DNA of 64,000 nucleotides, from positions 35,129-99,128 of IMG/VR virus record IMGVR_UViG_3300014047_000002; one strand, given 5' to 3'. Origin of the DNA: a virus. Taxonomy: Duplodnaviria > Caudoviricetes. Made by a program: the position numbers and the translations under genes. Positions 31,101 through 45,833 of the stretch are shown here, piece after piece (positions within the stretch are counted from its first letter, which is position 1; each line of letters begins with the position of its first letter). Below the pieces are notes generated by a model, which had not been told where the DNA came from, searched no databases, and saw nothing but the letters and a program-made list of their open reading frames with translations.

Positions 31101-32703
31101 TGCAGATGAAGATTCTACAATTACTTTATATGATGTCTCATATTTAGATGATTATAATTATAGTACAATTATAAAGGAGTAGAATATGGATAATTATTAC
31201 AAATTTGTTAATAATAAAGAAACTTCTGATTTGATTATACCTATTGTTCCTACTGTTAACTGTAATTGGAAATCTAATGGTGTGTATTTTGATCATAATT
31301 CTATATTAAATACGGATTATCAATAGTATAATTATGCAGCTTCTATTGCAGGACATTTTACTGAAAATGTATATTTGCCGGGTCATAGTAATAATGAGCA
31401 ATATATTAATCATGAAATAAATGATTTTGTTTCTATTGGTAATGAATCAATGTCATTAAAAAATTTTATATTATCAGGTCATTATAAATATCCATTAAAA
31501 AAATTCTTAATACAAAATTATAAGCTAGAAACAGCAAAAGGATATTATAACAAATATATACAAACACTTGAATTCATTTTCTATGGTATAAAATTTATTA
31601 TAACATTTAATAATAATGAATATACTCGTAATATAAAACTCGATGAATATAATAATTATCAAATATTCATATTTAATGACTTTGATGGTAGTAATGTAAA
31701 TGAAATCTTTATATCAAAGCAAGAATAGTTTATATTAATAATAAATCATATATATAATGTTAATAGTATATCTACAAATGATAATATTATTGCAATAAAT
31801 AATAATTTCTGTCCAGTAAATTATAATTGGTATAATGCTCCATATAATTATGATATAAGTAATTGTGCAAAATTAGATGATATGTATATCATTAAAAAAT
31901 CAAATAATGAAATAATATCTGATATTTCATATATTATTGAAAATGATTTGGATGTATATACTGATGAGTTTAATATGGTTTATAATGAATAGCCATATTG
32001 CTGTTATATAAAAGTAACAGATACATTTAAATCTTATGAGAAAAATGATAGAACTATTCACTCATTCCATAAAGGAGATTTAACATCATCAATACCAACT
32101 ATTATATCATTAATGGGAGCAAATAACAAATATAAAAACTATTATAATATGTCTCCATTAAATGACACATATTAGGAAGAAGAATGGAAAGTTGTTATTA
32201 ATGAAGTACATGGTCAGGATATAAATGGAAATGATTATACAGAATATGAACGTATTGAAGGTTTACATAGAATAGAACCAGATCCTGTGAACAATATGTA
32301 TGAATTCTTTAATAATTATGATATTAGCTTCCGCTAGAAAAATACATTTGTTATGAAAAAACAAAATGATGAGCATAGCGAATATACATACAGAGAAAAA
32401 CTAAACAAATATAAGGAATCATTTGAAAATAAAAATATAGATATGTATATTATTGATAAAAATACATATTCAAAAATCTCTATAACAGATGATTTCCGCC
32501 CTATTAATCTTTCTCTAAATATATCATACACAAAGTTTAATCATGGTATATTCAGCCCATCATTTAAGCCAATATTTGAATTTAATACAAATGATGATAT
32601 TTCTAATATTATCGGCATAGATTGCTTATTAGCTAATACATAGGTTAGTAAAATAAATCCTATAAAAAATTATACATGTAATAAAATCAGGAAATTTTGT
32701 TAA
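28168..32703 (+). CDS. large virion protein, ~1511 aa (possibly continues via +1 frameshift to 33355)
   Basis: Five ORF fragments share one frame; TAA at 32701. Confidence 0.7.
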
Positions 32704-33355
32704 AAATAATTTCTTTATTTTACCTACAAAGGAGATGTTTTCTACATGTTGGGATAATAATATATATAGATTATATAAGAATGATACACAATTTGATAGA
32801 TTAAGCGGCTATATTACAGGTATTGAAGATAAAACATTATTTGGTTCTAAATGTATTGTTATACATGATAATGAAATTATTATATAGAAGTATGATTATG
32901 ATAATAATAATAATGTAATAGAAAATATTGGTACTTCAAATTTCAATGAAAATGCGGAGGCATAGAATACTTATAATATCAATATTAATTTAACAAAGTT
33001 ATTCTATAACAATATAATTAATGATTAGAATTTCTATACAAATTGGACATTATCTATTAGTGATATGTCAAAATCATAGACAGCAATGAATAATTATATT
33101 TCTAATACATTGTTGAAATTCTTTAATGTTAATAATAATTTCACTTTACATATGTATAGAAAATATGATATAAATAAACTTGATAGTGATAGTGCATTTA
33201 TATATAATATGCCTGAGGATTTCTCAGAATATGAAGAATATATGAATTTTACTACAAACTATGAAATTTCTGATAATGATTTATTCATAAATATTACTAT
33301 TCCTGAATATAGTAATTACTATTATTATCTTATAATAAAAATAAACAGATATTAA
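32666..33355 (+). CDS. C-terminal continuation or separate gene in the +1 frame
   Basis: Open frame STCWDNNIYRLY..GYITGIEDKTLFGSK; first ATG at 32735. Confidence 0.55.
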
Positions 33356-33359
33356 ATTT

Positions 33360-34544
33360 ATGATCTCAAAAAAAATATACAATGATGAATATGCACCAGG
33401 TATAGCTACATATGGTATAAATGGCAAAACTGGCGATTAGGGCGCAAATGGTAACAGTATTTTTTATACTTCTTTTGACATTTACAATAATACTGGTAAC
33501 AGTATGGAAATGTTTATTCAGAAGATAAGAAATAAAATGCTACCGGTACATAACTCTAATATTATACTTGATAGAGAATATTAGAAAGGGGATTATTTCT
33601 TTGATAATAATGGTAATATATATCGTTTAGATAATATAGATGAGATAATAAATCCTACAAGTGATAATGCATCAAGTATATGGACATCTTATTTAACATT
33701 ATGTGGTAAAATGAATACCTCTTCTACTGATGCATATATAAGTAAAGCTTCAAATGGACGCTTGAATATTAATAACGATTATCAAGGTATGGATTTGATA
33801 ATCAATAATATAGGTTATGGTGTAGATGATACTAATTATGTTTTACGTATTATTTCAGATTCTCCTAATAGTGAAAATAAAATTGAATTTATCTGTTTAT
33901 CTGCTATTAATGGTTATAATATTAGTGATCAACTTAATATATTCTATGATACTGCTTTAAATGCATATCATTTAAAAACAGAAGGGCCGCTACTTATAGA
34001 TTCAGAAGTAAAGATAAAGAAATCTGGAAGTAATGTAAATATTGATGGTTATTCTCCTGTTGTTATTAATGAAACCCCTATTACATCTTTCTATAATATC
34101 TGCTAGGATTTTGAATTTCAATATTATATTGATGGAGATTCTGATTATGGTAAGATTAAAAAATTAGGATTTACTGCTCCAATTGTTTCAAAAAATGTTA
34201 ATGCTAATATTTTCTGGAAGAAAATAAAAAATATGATAACATTAAAGATAGTATTTAGAGCAACATATGATCCTATAAATGTAACAGAAGCTGATTATGA
34301 TAATGCTTTACCATCTGATCAAGTATATACACATATTAGACTATTATCAAAAGAATTTGGTTGGAATGATACATTACAACCTTGGACCGAAACGATAAAC
34401 ACTGAAGATATTGGACATAAAGCATTAAATTTTGTTACAAAATATAGAGATTATGATATTGAAATAATATCTATATCATTAATTTATAATACTGAAATAT
34501 TTACGAAATTTGTACGTAAGGATTTATCAACAATAAATACATAA
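33360..34544 (+). CDS. structural protein with short collagen-like N-terminus, 394 aa
   Basis: PGIATYGINGKTGD*GANG; fragments in frame. Confidence 0.75.
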
Positions 34545-34565
34545 ACAATACGTTTTTAATTATAA

Positions 34566-37500
34566 ATGAATTCATTATATCAAAAATATCATGGCAAACC
34601 GGGAATTGGCGTACATGGATTACCTGGTGAAAAAGGAAATACTGGCAATGGAATATTTATAGGTTTTATAAATGATTTTTTTGACAGTAACGATATTTCC
34701 GTAAATACTATTGTAAAAATAGCATAGCGCGTTATAAATGCATAGGAATATAATGGAGATTTTAAAGAATTTGCAGACAGTAGATATGAATCTTATATGG
34801 ATAAGTATTCTAATGCTACTGATACTTCTTATATGTCTATAGCAGAAGATGCATTTTTAAAAGAAGCCAATTCATTATATTATTCAGGCCGCACAGAAGA
34901 ATTTACCACTACAAATGGTAAATAGAAGGTTTATGATATAATGGATAATAAAGAAGATACTAATAATGTATATATTAATAATAATGATGAGCTTGTTCAT
35001 GAAAATCCATATACAGATCATTATGTATTTAAGCAAATATATAACATTACTCAAGGAGATAAAACACATGTATAGTTATATGAATATAATCAAGATGATG
35101 AAGGTCAATTTACTAATGACCCAAAATATGATGTTCAAATTGATGTAAATCATATGACATATGAGCCACAAGATGTTGTAAAAATATTTGGTGGATATTC
35201 ATAGTATAATGCACCTATATATGGTTCTATGGATGATATTGATCCAGAATCAATAGATTTATTTTTTAATTATTTAAAATATAAGGAAAAACCCGATCCA
35301 AATAGTCTATGGTTAGAAAAACCAACTTCATATGATATATCATATGGAGAAAGTGATAATAAATCATTTTTTGAACGTTATCCATTTACAATAGATAGAG
35401 ATAGTATATATTCTCAAATAAATATGGATTCATGGTCTGAAGATGATAGGACAAAGTACACTGCTAACCCTTATTATACTAGTGGTGCTGGTTATGCAAC
35501 TGGTGTTGATTCTCATTTTTCTGTAAAAACTTCTGATAATACTAATATTACATATGATTATAATTATACTGAATTACCTAACAATGTAAGAATGGAAGCA
35601 GGAGTTAAAGATAATGATTTAGATTCTAGTGATCCAAATTATGGCAAATATCGTAAAGTATATATGGATTCTGGTAATGTAAGTATTGGTGATTTCTTTT
35701 TAACACAATATGTGCATGTAACAGCAAATACTTTACCACCTGCAATATTAACAGAAGCATTTGTAGATGATTTTGGATATACACAAATTGGTTTGGATAT
35801 GTATGATCCAGATATTTATGATACATTGAAATACAATAGAAACACAAATAAATATGAATTTGATGATGTACTATTGTATGATATACTTAATTAGAAGAAT
35901 CAAGAAACATTAAAGAATTTTGCTACTAATTATAGACATATCACAAAAGAATTTTTGGAGAAATATGAAGTTACTATAAATCATTATAAAACAAAAGGTG
36001 CAGTATATCCTGATAGTTCTGTAAGATGGAGTACAAAAGATTATGAAAAAATATCTATTCCTACTACATTATCATCAAAATATCAACCTGGAGATGTTTT
36101 ATATTTTTATATAGATGAAAAACAATTTGCTCAAGATGGTCAAATCCATTATATGGTAACATTAACAGAGGATTTGCTAAATTGCGATATTAATACTCTT
36201 ATAAAAAATGCTGATGCAGTTGATCCATTTAAATATCAAACAGTATTTAATAATAATAACAGAATACAATTATATGATAATGTAAACATCTTAAAAAATA
36301 ATATAAAAAGCACATAGGAAGAAAATTATTATATGCGTTCATTCGGAAATATTATTTCTGATAATATGACAGCTGCTATGGTAATGGCACCAAAAGCAGA
36401 CAGAGAAGAAACATATAATCAATTATAGTTAGTAACTTATAAAAATTTTGATACAAGTGCATATCTATAGATAAATTCATCGATTATTGATGGATTTATG
36501 AATTATAATTTAAGTTCTAATAATACTATAAAATTTGACAATTTTTATATTAAAGATGATATATTATTGACAAATTTGGAATCAGAAAAAGTCTTATATG
36601 ATAAAAATATTATATATGGCTTAGATGATTGTATACCTGCATTATCTGCAGATAATGTTATAGTAAAAGTTAATATGGGTGATATATTTGAAAATGCGTA
36701 GATTACTGCATTTAATACATATGTCTTTAAATTTGATAAATCCATGTTTATAAATGAACCTACATAGTATAAGAATTATCAAGTTGGATATATTGTTTAT
36801 AGTGGGGATAATATAATAGATGAAAAATTATATACTAATACAGAAAATATATTTACTATTGAATTAGATCCAATAACTGATACTGATATAATACACAAGG
36901 ATATTACAGATTTCCCATATGAGGATGAAATTACATATGATATATTAGTATTTATACATAAACTCTCAGGATTTAATATATTCTCACATACAACCTCTAT
37001 TACCTGTAAGTTTGAATATCGTGAACCATATAAGTTAATTCAACCAGAATATAGTATATCAGTTGGAAGTGATATATTAGATATAGTAAGTGCAAATAAT
37101 GAAGTAGATAATATTATTTTCTCTATATCAGGTATTACTGTAAATGAAACAACAGAAGATGATACTATTATATTTGATATTAGTACAAATAATGAAGATG
37201 TATACATAGATAGTATATTCTTTAATAATACAGAATTACCGGTAAATAAAAAATTCTGGGAATGGGCAGATACTCCAGAAAATATGTTAGAAGTATCTAC
37301 ACGTTTAACCACTAATATTACATGGGTTAATATTTAGCCAGATATTGACAGTATATTACATGGTACAGGTCATAAGAGGTTCTTATTACATGTGAAAGAT
37401 AATATCCCTGATATTATGTCTAATAATAAAAATGTGGTAACACATAATATTGCAGATTTCATGTGTACTTTTAATGACAGTGAAACATAGAATAGTACTA

Positions 37501-39806
37501 CATTTAATTATGAGGATTTATTCTTTAATACAACAGATGATGATATACAATGTATATTATTTGATCGCATAATGGAAGAATAGGCTGTTTCTATGGCTGC
37601 GCCACGTACATTAAATGTAGCAGTAAAATATCATTTATTAAATGAAAATACTCAAGCAACAAATGGGCAACACTCTGTTTTTTATGAAAATTATGAAATA
37701 AAATAGCCGGGATTTAGCGATCCACGTGTTGTACCACATATTGATTTAAAAATTCATACTGATGTAAATGAGTTAGAATCTTATAATACAATAAATTCTG
37801 GTATTTTATGTAATCAGTTCTAGACATTTATGGATATTAATATATCAGAATTTGACTATGATTCATGGGCTAAATATATTTCTGATATAAATGATACAAC
37901 ATTGGATGTAGATATTACAAATATTCCTAATGATTTAGAATGGCAAAAATCTTTATCAGTATCTCAATCATATACAAGAGCTACAATAAAATTATTACCT
38001 GATAATAATGTAATATTAGATGATACTAATATAACAGATGATACTAAATATAATAACTGTGTAAAATTCTCAGTAAATGTATTTAAGAATACTTCTGGTA
38101 AATCATTAGATAAATTAACATAGAATGATATTAATGAACTTTCTGCTGCATTTAATAATAAATGTCAATTAACAGTAAATCCAAAATTAATGAATTCTAT
38201 TGTTGGTAGAGATTTAACAGAGGATGAAATTATAAACGGCTATATAATATTATCTAATGATATATGTAAAGGATTAATGAATCCATCAGTTATATATAGA
38301 GGAATATTTGAAAATATAAAAATACATTTACATGATTTAACTGTTGAAGATGTGCAAGATACTATATATGCACAAATAATGTTAGAATTTGGCAATCCTA
38401 TTCTTTCAAATCTTTATTTACAATTTGCAGTATCTAAATTAACTGTACATTATAAGGGTAATGATGGTACAGATTATACTTTTAGTACATATGCTGATAA
38501 GAATAATATGGTAGATACATATTTACATCAAGCGGAAGACTATAAAGAAACATATAAATTTGCATCTAATAAATTAGATTTAATGATAAATCCTATATCA
38601 TTAATTGCATGTCCTGGTGAAGCTGAAACTGAATTATCATACTTATCAGGAAGTGTAAAGAAAACAGGTTCAGAAGATTAGATAAAACTCGTGATGGAAT
38701 TCTTTGGCAATTCATTATATAAAGATAGTAAAATTATCAATATTAATAGCGTAATAAAAAGAAATGAACAACGGCTAGATTTAAATGGTTTACAAATAAA
38801 ATATAAGCATTTACAAGATAATGTAAAATCTATTTCATTTGAATGTTTATCTCTTACTGATACTGTTAATAAGGTTGCAAATAATTATATTTATAAATAT
38901 GCTGATTATGAAAGTATATTAACACAGAGTAAACAATATGAACCTATTAGCAATAAGAATTACTTATCTGTAATATATCATTCTACTCTGATGAATCCAA
39001 AGCTGCGTGAAGATAAGCGTACATTCTATTATAATGAAAAATTATATTTAGAATCTAAATATGATCAGTTTAATATGAATTGTCCTGTATTCATTTCACA
39101 AGAGCATGATTGGAATGTCCGTACTGATGATATAATGACTGCAATCGATACATGGAATTTCGAATATCAATCACAAAAGAATTTAGAAGAAAATTCAAAA
39201 GTATTCCCGGGAATTCTTAATAATTTTGGTAATGGATATATGTACTTGTCTAATGATATAGATACAAACTTATATGTAAGAAATAATGTATTATCATTGG
39301 CAGAAACTAAAGATTATAATAACCAAACATTGTATGATAAATCGGATTATTTTGAAATTGGTACACCTACGCCAATTAATATAAATACTCCTGCAGAAGG
39401 AAAATATTTCCGTGTACCACTTTATCATATGACATGGGAATATCCAGTATATAATGGTACAAATATTTTACCATATTATATAGTATCATTATTTGACTAT
39501 ATGATAATACAGAGTTTTAAAGATGATGTTATAACTATATAGGATGTAAGAAAATATAATTTAAATACATATTCAATAAAGAATATAATACCTTATAATT
39601 TACTATTTAATATAGCTCCAAAAATATTATACAATGATGATACAGAAACATTAAATATGTTCATGTTAAGAAAACCATCAATAGAAGATGATCATGATTT
39701 GACAAGTAGTTGTATAGATGATTGCTATAAATTAAATACAAGATATTATAATACAGTTGATGAAATAAGTACATATTAGCCTGATAGATACGATATACCA
39801 TCATAA
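34566..39806 (+). CDS. very large structural protein with collagen-like N-terminus, 1746 aa
   Basis: PGIGVHGLPGEKGNTGNG; six ORF fragments in one frame. Confidence 0.75.
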
Positions 39807-39811
39807 TTAAT

Positions 39812-39839
39812 TTAAGGATACTAATTTTAGTATCCTTAA
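39812..39839. terminator. bidirectional terminator hairpin
   Basis: TTAAGGATACTAA/TTAGTATCCTTAA between convergent genes. Confidence 0.7.
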
Positions 39840-40516
39840 ATTTTTATTTTTGATATTCCTGTTATCTTATGTATTTTATCCAATACTTCTTTTTTAATAT
39901 TACCAGCATAATCTAAGTTTGGAAGTGCTTTCCATTGCCAAGGTTCTATCATACGAATTTTCTTTATATTACTTACATTATAATTTCTGAATATAATATC
40001 ATAACTATTAATATTATACATTCTCTTTAAGTAAGCATTTAAAGTTGCTTCTGCATTACCTTTTGCTAAAAATTCTAATATTTTTTGTGATAATACTGCC
40101 TGCTTTTTTGCTGCTAAACTCTATGCATTACCTTCAAAAAAATTCGGGTCTAAATTATAAAAAATATTTAATATTAGTGTTTTCAATCCATAATTACACA
40201 AATTTAAATTTATACCTCTTACAGAAGTTTTTGTATTACTGGTAATTAATACCAATGGTACAGAATCATAAAATTCTATGGGTTTTTCTCCAGGTACTTC
40301 ATATATAACAGGACTCTGTGCATTATATGTAAATATGTAAATATTACCAGGAATTAATAATCTTGGCATATTAGACTCCGAATCAAATTCATCAAGATCT
40401 TTACATTTTTCTTCACCTTTTTTATTACGGATCATTAAATCTGTAATAATATCTTGAAAAGCTTGAGCAGAATCATGTTTTGAATCCTATATATTTTTTA
40501 TAAAATCATTTATCAT
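39836..40516 (-). CDS. DNA end protector protein (T4 gp2-like), 226 aa
   Basis: PGNIYIFTYNA..FYDSVPLV..GINLN..Y..I..W pattern. Confidence 0.6.
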
Positions 40517-42950
40517 TTTTTAAATTTGGAAACTATGTTAATTTTTCTAATCTATTAATAACTTGACGAGTATCACCATTTTTATTAAATTGATCTTTAA
40601 TAGATTTTTTCATAAGTTCTTTATTCTCTAATCTTTGATTTTTAAGAATATCGATATAAACTTGGTATTCTATATTTGTTTTTCTATATTGTATATTCTC
40701 TTTTTCAAGCTTATTAATAATAATTTGTACGAGATTTGGTATTGTACATTCTATTTTTTCTATTTTTGCTTGAAATAGCTCTCTTAATTTCTATAAAGCA
40801 GCTATTAACGGGGTTAAATATGATGCAGGGGTTGAACTACAATTAACAAACAATACAACAGGCCATGGCCATATTCCACGTAATGCTAGCCCAATAACAA
40901 TAACCAAATTTAGTTGTTTAATAAAAATAGTACTAAAACACATATATATACATGGTAATGGAATAGGTGTCATTGTTGGTGGTATATCAAATCCATCTGC
41001 TAAGAAAGGAATACTTATAACAGTAGCCAATGCAAAATATCGTTTCCAATAATCATAATCTTTTATTGTAATTTCATCAAATGTAGGATCATTAGAATCA
41101 TCAGACGGTTCCGTTGGTATTGGAAAATCTGTAGGTTCTTGAGGTTCTGTTATATTATCTAAATCTATATCTTCTTCTGGCTCTGGTACAGGTGTTGGTT
41201 TATACTATGGATTAGAAAATGTATAAAGTTTGTATGTAATACCTTCAATAGGAATATTAATAGGAGCAGGCCAATCAGCATAAGGATTTAAATTTTCTGC
41301 ATATTCCTTAAATTTGTTTATTTCTTTAGTAATAGGATTCGCATAATATGCTCTTATAGCTTCTTCCCAGAAATTATGTAATTTATCACGTTCTTCTTCT
41401 ACTAAATCAAGTATATCTATATTACTTCCTGTGCTCATTGCCATTGATTCATTATCTTCACCTGTATAATGTATAATAAACCAATATATATTTGCTAACT
41501 ATTGACATGCAAATTGTCTTCGGTAACTATTTACACTACCCTATTTTTCTTGTACCCATTTATACACATCATCATATGATAAATCTCGTGTATTTCTAAA
41601 TTCTGCCTATATTTCAGCATATGGATTTGGATATGCAGCAGATACATTTTGCTAAAATAATTGGTTAAATTCTGATATTAAATATGTAATAGAATATTGT
41701 TCAACACTCATACGTTTTCTAATAATACCAGAAATTACATTAAAATAACGCTATGACCATTCATCACCATAAATTAAACATATTCTTGACAAAAGATTTG
41801 CATAATAGTTCTATACTTTTGTTTCACCTATACGAACAACATCAAAATCTCCTTGCTTATCCTAAGCAAGATAACGGCAATCATCTTCATTAACCGTATA
41901 TTTACACATAGGCTAATTTTTTGCTTTTCTCCATTCAGATATAACCCATTGTAAAAATTTATTACGGGCAGCATTTAATTCATCTGCACATTTATTAACT
42001 TTATCTACCTTGCCTTGTGTAGCTTTTAATTTTTCAGCACTTACTGCATTTGTTATAAGTTTTTGCTTGTTTTCGTATTCATCTTCAAAATCTTCAATAT
42101 AATCATCATATATATTATGACTATATTTAAATGGACAAAAATGAAACTTTACAAAATGCATAATATAAGGTTCACGTTTTAATAAAATATCTGGTAAACC
42201 TGAATATACAATATTATCTTTTATCAAATTATATAACATTGTATTTTTTATAAATTTATCCTAAAACACTTCTATCTCAGATGTATCAAAATCAAATCCT
42301 TGACCATATTCAAAATCCTTTAAAACAATATGTCTATTACATGAGTCAGGAAATAAATGATAAAAGGTATCATCTGGATTTTTTAGAATATGACCTTTAC
42401 TGAATATTGAGCGAATTTGCTTCTTTTTTCCATCTTGTATTATTGTACCTAATATTGTTTTATTATTTAAATCTGTACCTGGATCAATAGTTAATTCATA
42501 TTCTACAGCTTTTCCTAATGTATAATCTTCACCAAATTCTATAATAGCATAATTATCAATAGGATAATCATATTCTACATTTATATCTCCATCTTTTGTA
42601 TTAAACTCAAATGGCTTTATAATATCATCAAATATTGATGTATCTATTTCTAATAATGCAGGAGAAACAGTTGGTGTATCAAATTTTGTTTTTATATATT
42701 CTGCTACTCTTGGATTTGCATTTATTACTTTTGTATCTAATAATGCTTGAATATCAGGCCCATTAATAATATTAGATATATCCTCCATGGTATTAGCACG
42801 ATCAGGATATGGCATATCAAGAGGGCGAATATTATCAGGAGCACAAAGATCTAAGTTTTCAAGATCTATTGTGTTCTAAATAGCAGTGTCTGCTGCTTCA
42901 CCTTCAAATTCTAATGACTTTAATCTTTCTTCTAATTCTTGTTCTGTCAT
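40506..42950 (-). CDS. hypothetical protein, 814 aa
   Basis: Four fragments in frame through TAG; hydrophobic Pro-rich segment near C-terminus. Confidence 0.7.
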
Positions 42951-45052
42951 TATAATCTAATATTATTTTTATAAGGGTCGTCACCCCTCTATATTGCTTT
43001 TAATATTTGGCTTGTTATTGTACTTTTACCACCAGCAGTAAAATATAATGTATCATCTACTATACGAAGATTATCTATATTTGTCATATAACCATCTATT
43101 TGTGGTTTATATGATAATTTCTATCTCAATGCATTTTCTTCTAAATCTATATTTTCTTTATCAAAATATAAAATAGTATTTCGCCCTTTAACAACAAGAT
43201 TTGCATTTTTATGTTTTATATAAGATAAATGTTCACTGAAATCATTTGTCATCTATTCATCTAATACTGCCATTTTATTTGTATCAGGTGTAACATGTAA
43301 ATTATCTATACAATAAGTATATAACTTATATGTTCTTATTGTAAATACATTTGTATTTTTAACATCTATCTAATTATTTAATCCTAAGAACCCCAATATT
43401 TTCTATAAGCCTTTTGCAAGATTTTTATGCCCATTACCTTGCACCTTTGCTTTATTGATTTTATAGTTTTCTATAAGTTTTGCCAACTGTTTTAATAATG
43501 GACACATTGGTTTTAATGTATTGAATAACATTTTGATAATCTAAAATGTATTCTTTTTCTTTTTTCCTGTTGTCCATATTTCCTCTGTTTCCTCTGGTAA
43601 AACTATATTATCTGGATCTATTTCTGGATTTGCTTCTTTTTCCTATACTGTATTATTTTCTTCTGCATTATCTTTCTATTTTGATGCATCTGAGTATGCA
43701 ATAATAAATTTATATGGTCGGGGCATTCCATCCATTTTACCAATAATATTAAATTCTGATATAGGATTATCACTCTTAGACACTTCTAAAATAGCATCAG
43801 AAATCTTTTTTATTTGACTATTCTCAAATACTTTCTTTTTATTATATTTTATTCCTTCTAATTTTTTTGTAATATTTTTTAATGTACTTCCTTTAGATGG
43901 ATCTTTATAAATTTCTATTCTTACTTCTGTATATTCACCCATATCAGTTGGTAATATTTCAAATGTTTTCGTAAGATTTACTGATACTGAAGTATTTGCT
44001 GCAACCATACTTGCCATTGCCGTTGCAGTAGATGGAGATGCAAGTGATGAAACATTGTCTTTTATTGTATTTAAAGCTGATACTGTTGATGCTATACCAT
44101 TTAATCCACGATTTATAATTTCTGTTAATGCTAATCCTGGTGTATCATCATTTAATCCTAATGATTCAAGGAAATTTACCAAATCATCAAGAGAATTTAT
44201 ATCTTCTGCAATAAGTTTAATATCAATATTTGTAAGTTTTTCTATATCTTCTTTTAAATCTTTAATAATATCCTGCATCATTAACATCATGAATGCATTA
44301 TATAGTGCATCATTCTATTCTTGTAACCATGCTAATAATGCTGTTTTTAAATCTTCTGGATTTACTTTTACACTTACACTTTTATCATAACCACTACCAG
44401 CGACGCTATCTTTATTTTCTTTTAACTATTTTCTCATCTACCTATATCGACGCCACATTTCAATACCTTTCTAACACATATAGATAATTTCTACTAAATG
44501 ATAGCCTGTCCATCTAAAAATCTATTCATCTATCATATCTTCGAAAATCTATATAATGGTTTTTACTGCATCTTTTGCAACTTCTACTATATTTCCCATA
44601 CATGTTATAGCAGCATTAATAGTTTCATCATATATAAGCTTTAATGATTTATATTGCTCTACTAACATATCTTTATATGACTTACATAATGCGGTCATAC
44701 ATTCTTTTGTAGATGGAGTAGTCGAAATACCGGTTGGAATAACAGAAACAATAGCTTGAAGTTTTGCAACAGTTCCACCGGCAAGCTTTAATATATCCTA
44801 TGCAAGTTGAAGATTTTCTTTATTAATTCCCATTGAATCATAAATCTAATCTACTCCTTTTCCAAGTAATGCCTATAAAGCCTGCTCTATCATACCTGAT
44901 ACCGCATCTAATGCTTGTTTAGTAGTCTATTCAGCTATATCTGTATATTGATTCATAGTTTCATCATATCCAGATATAACGTCTATAAATTTATTAGATG
45001 CATAATCAGTTATGCCGTTTGATGTTGATATTGCTGTTTCAAAACTTCCCAT
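42950..45052 (-). CDS. hypothetical helical protein, 700 aa
   Basis: TAATG-coupled at both ends; TAG-rich. Confidence 0.7.
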
Positions 45053-45723
45053 TAGCCTTTAATGAAATTCTCTTTTACTAATAATGTTTTTACTGCCCAA
45101 TAAGAATCACAAATATCATCTACACATTTTATGAAATTTGTTTTTGCCATAAATTTCCCCTGTAATAGCATATCTTTAAATATACTATTAATAGGTTCTT
45201 TTGTAAATGCTTTTATCATTTTATTCTTATCAGCTAATTGACCTTTCTTTGCACATCCTGCAACTGATTTCATAGTGATAGGCGGATATGTATATAAACC
45301 CTTTAATCTGTCAAAATAATGTTCATATAATTTTGATAGTAAAACACCTTTATATGTTGCAAGATTCAATGCAGCATCACCCGTAGAATTATATGACAAT
45401 CCTTCTGATGAAATATAAATCAATGTATCTGATGCATGTAGTTCATTATCTATGAAATCATCAAGTGTCTTTATAATTAAATTTGCCAAATCTGTAGATC
45501 TTCTTGTATGTTCTAATACAATCTATGAATTTGGTAAATTTGATGTCTTTACTTCTTTTAAATCTCTTGAAAATACATGTACATTTGCAGATTCATATGT
45601 CTAAATATTTTTCTTTGTCATTTCAGCTGGCCATATAAAAAAGTGAAACTGTTTATCATACAATAAAGTAGCAGCAGGTTTATTCATTGAAAAGTCAAAT
45701 CCTATAAATATACTTTTTGCCAT
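45052..45723 (-). CDS. RuvC-like Holliday junction resolvase, 223 aa
   Basis: RNase H-fold acidic motifs IGFDFS, SEGLSY, DDICDSY. Confidence 0.7.
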
Positions 45724-45833
45724 TTCTACTGAATTTATTTTATTTATAATGCCTTATAATTATACACCAAAAATTATGTATTGTTATAAATAATAAATAA
45801 ATATAAAAAGTTAAATAATATCTTTCAAGTTCA

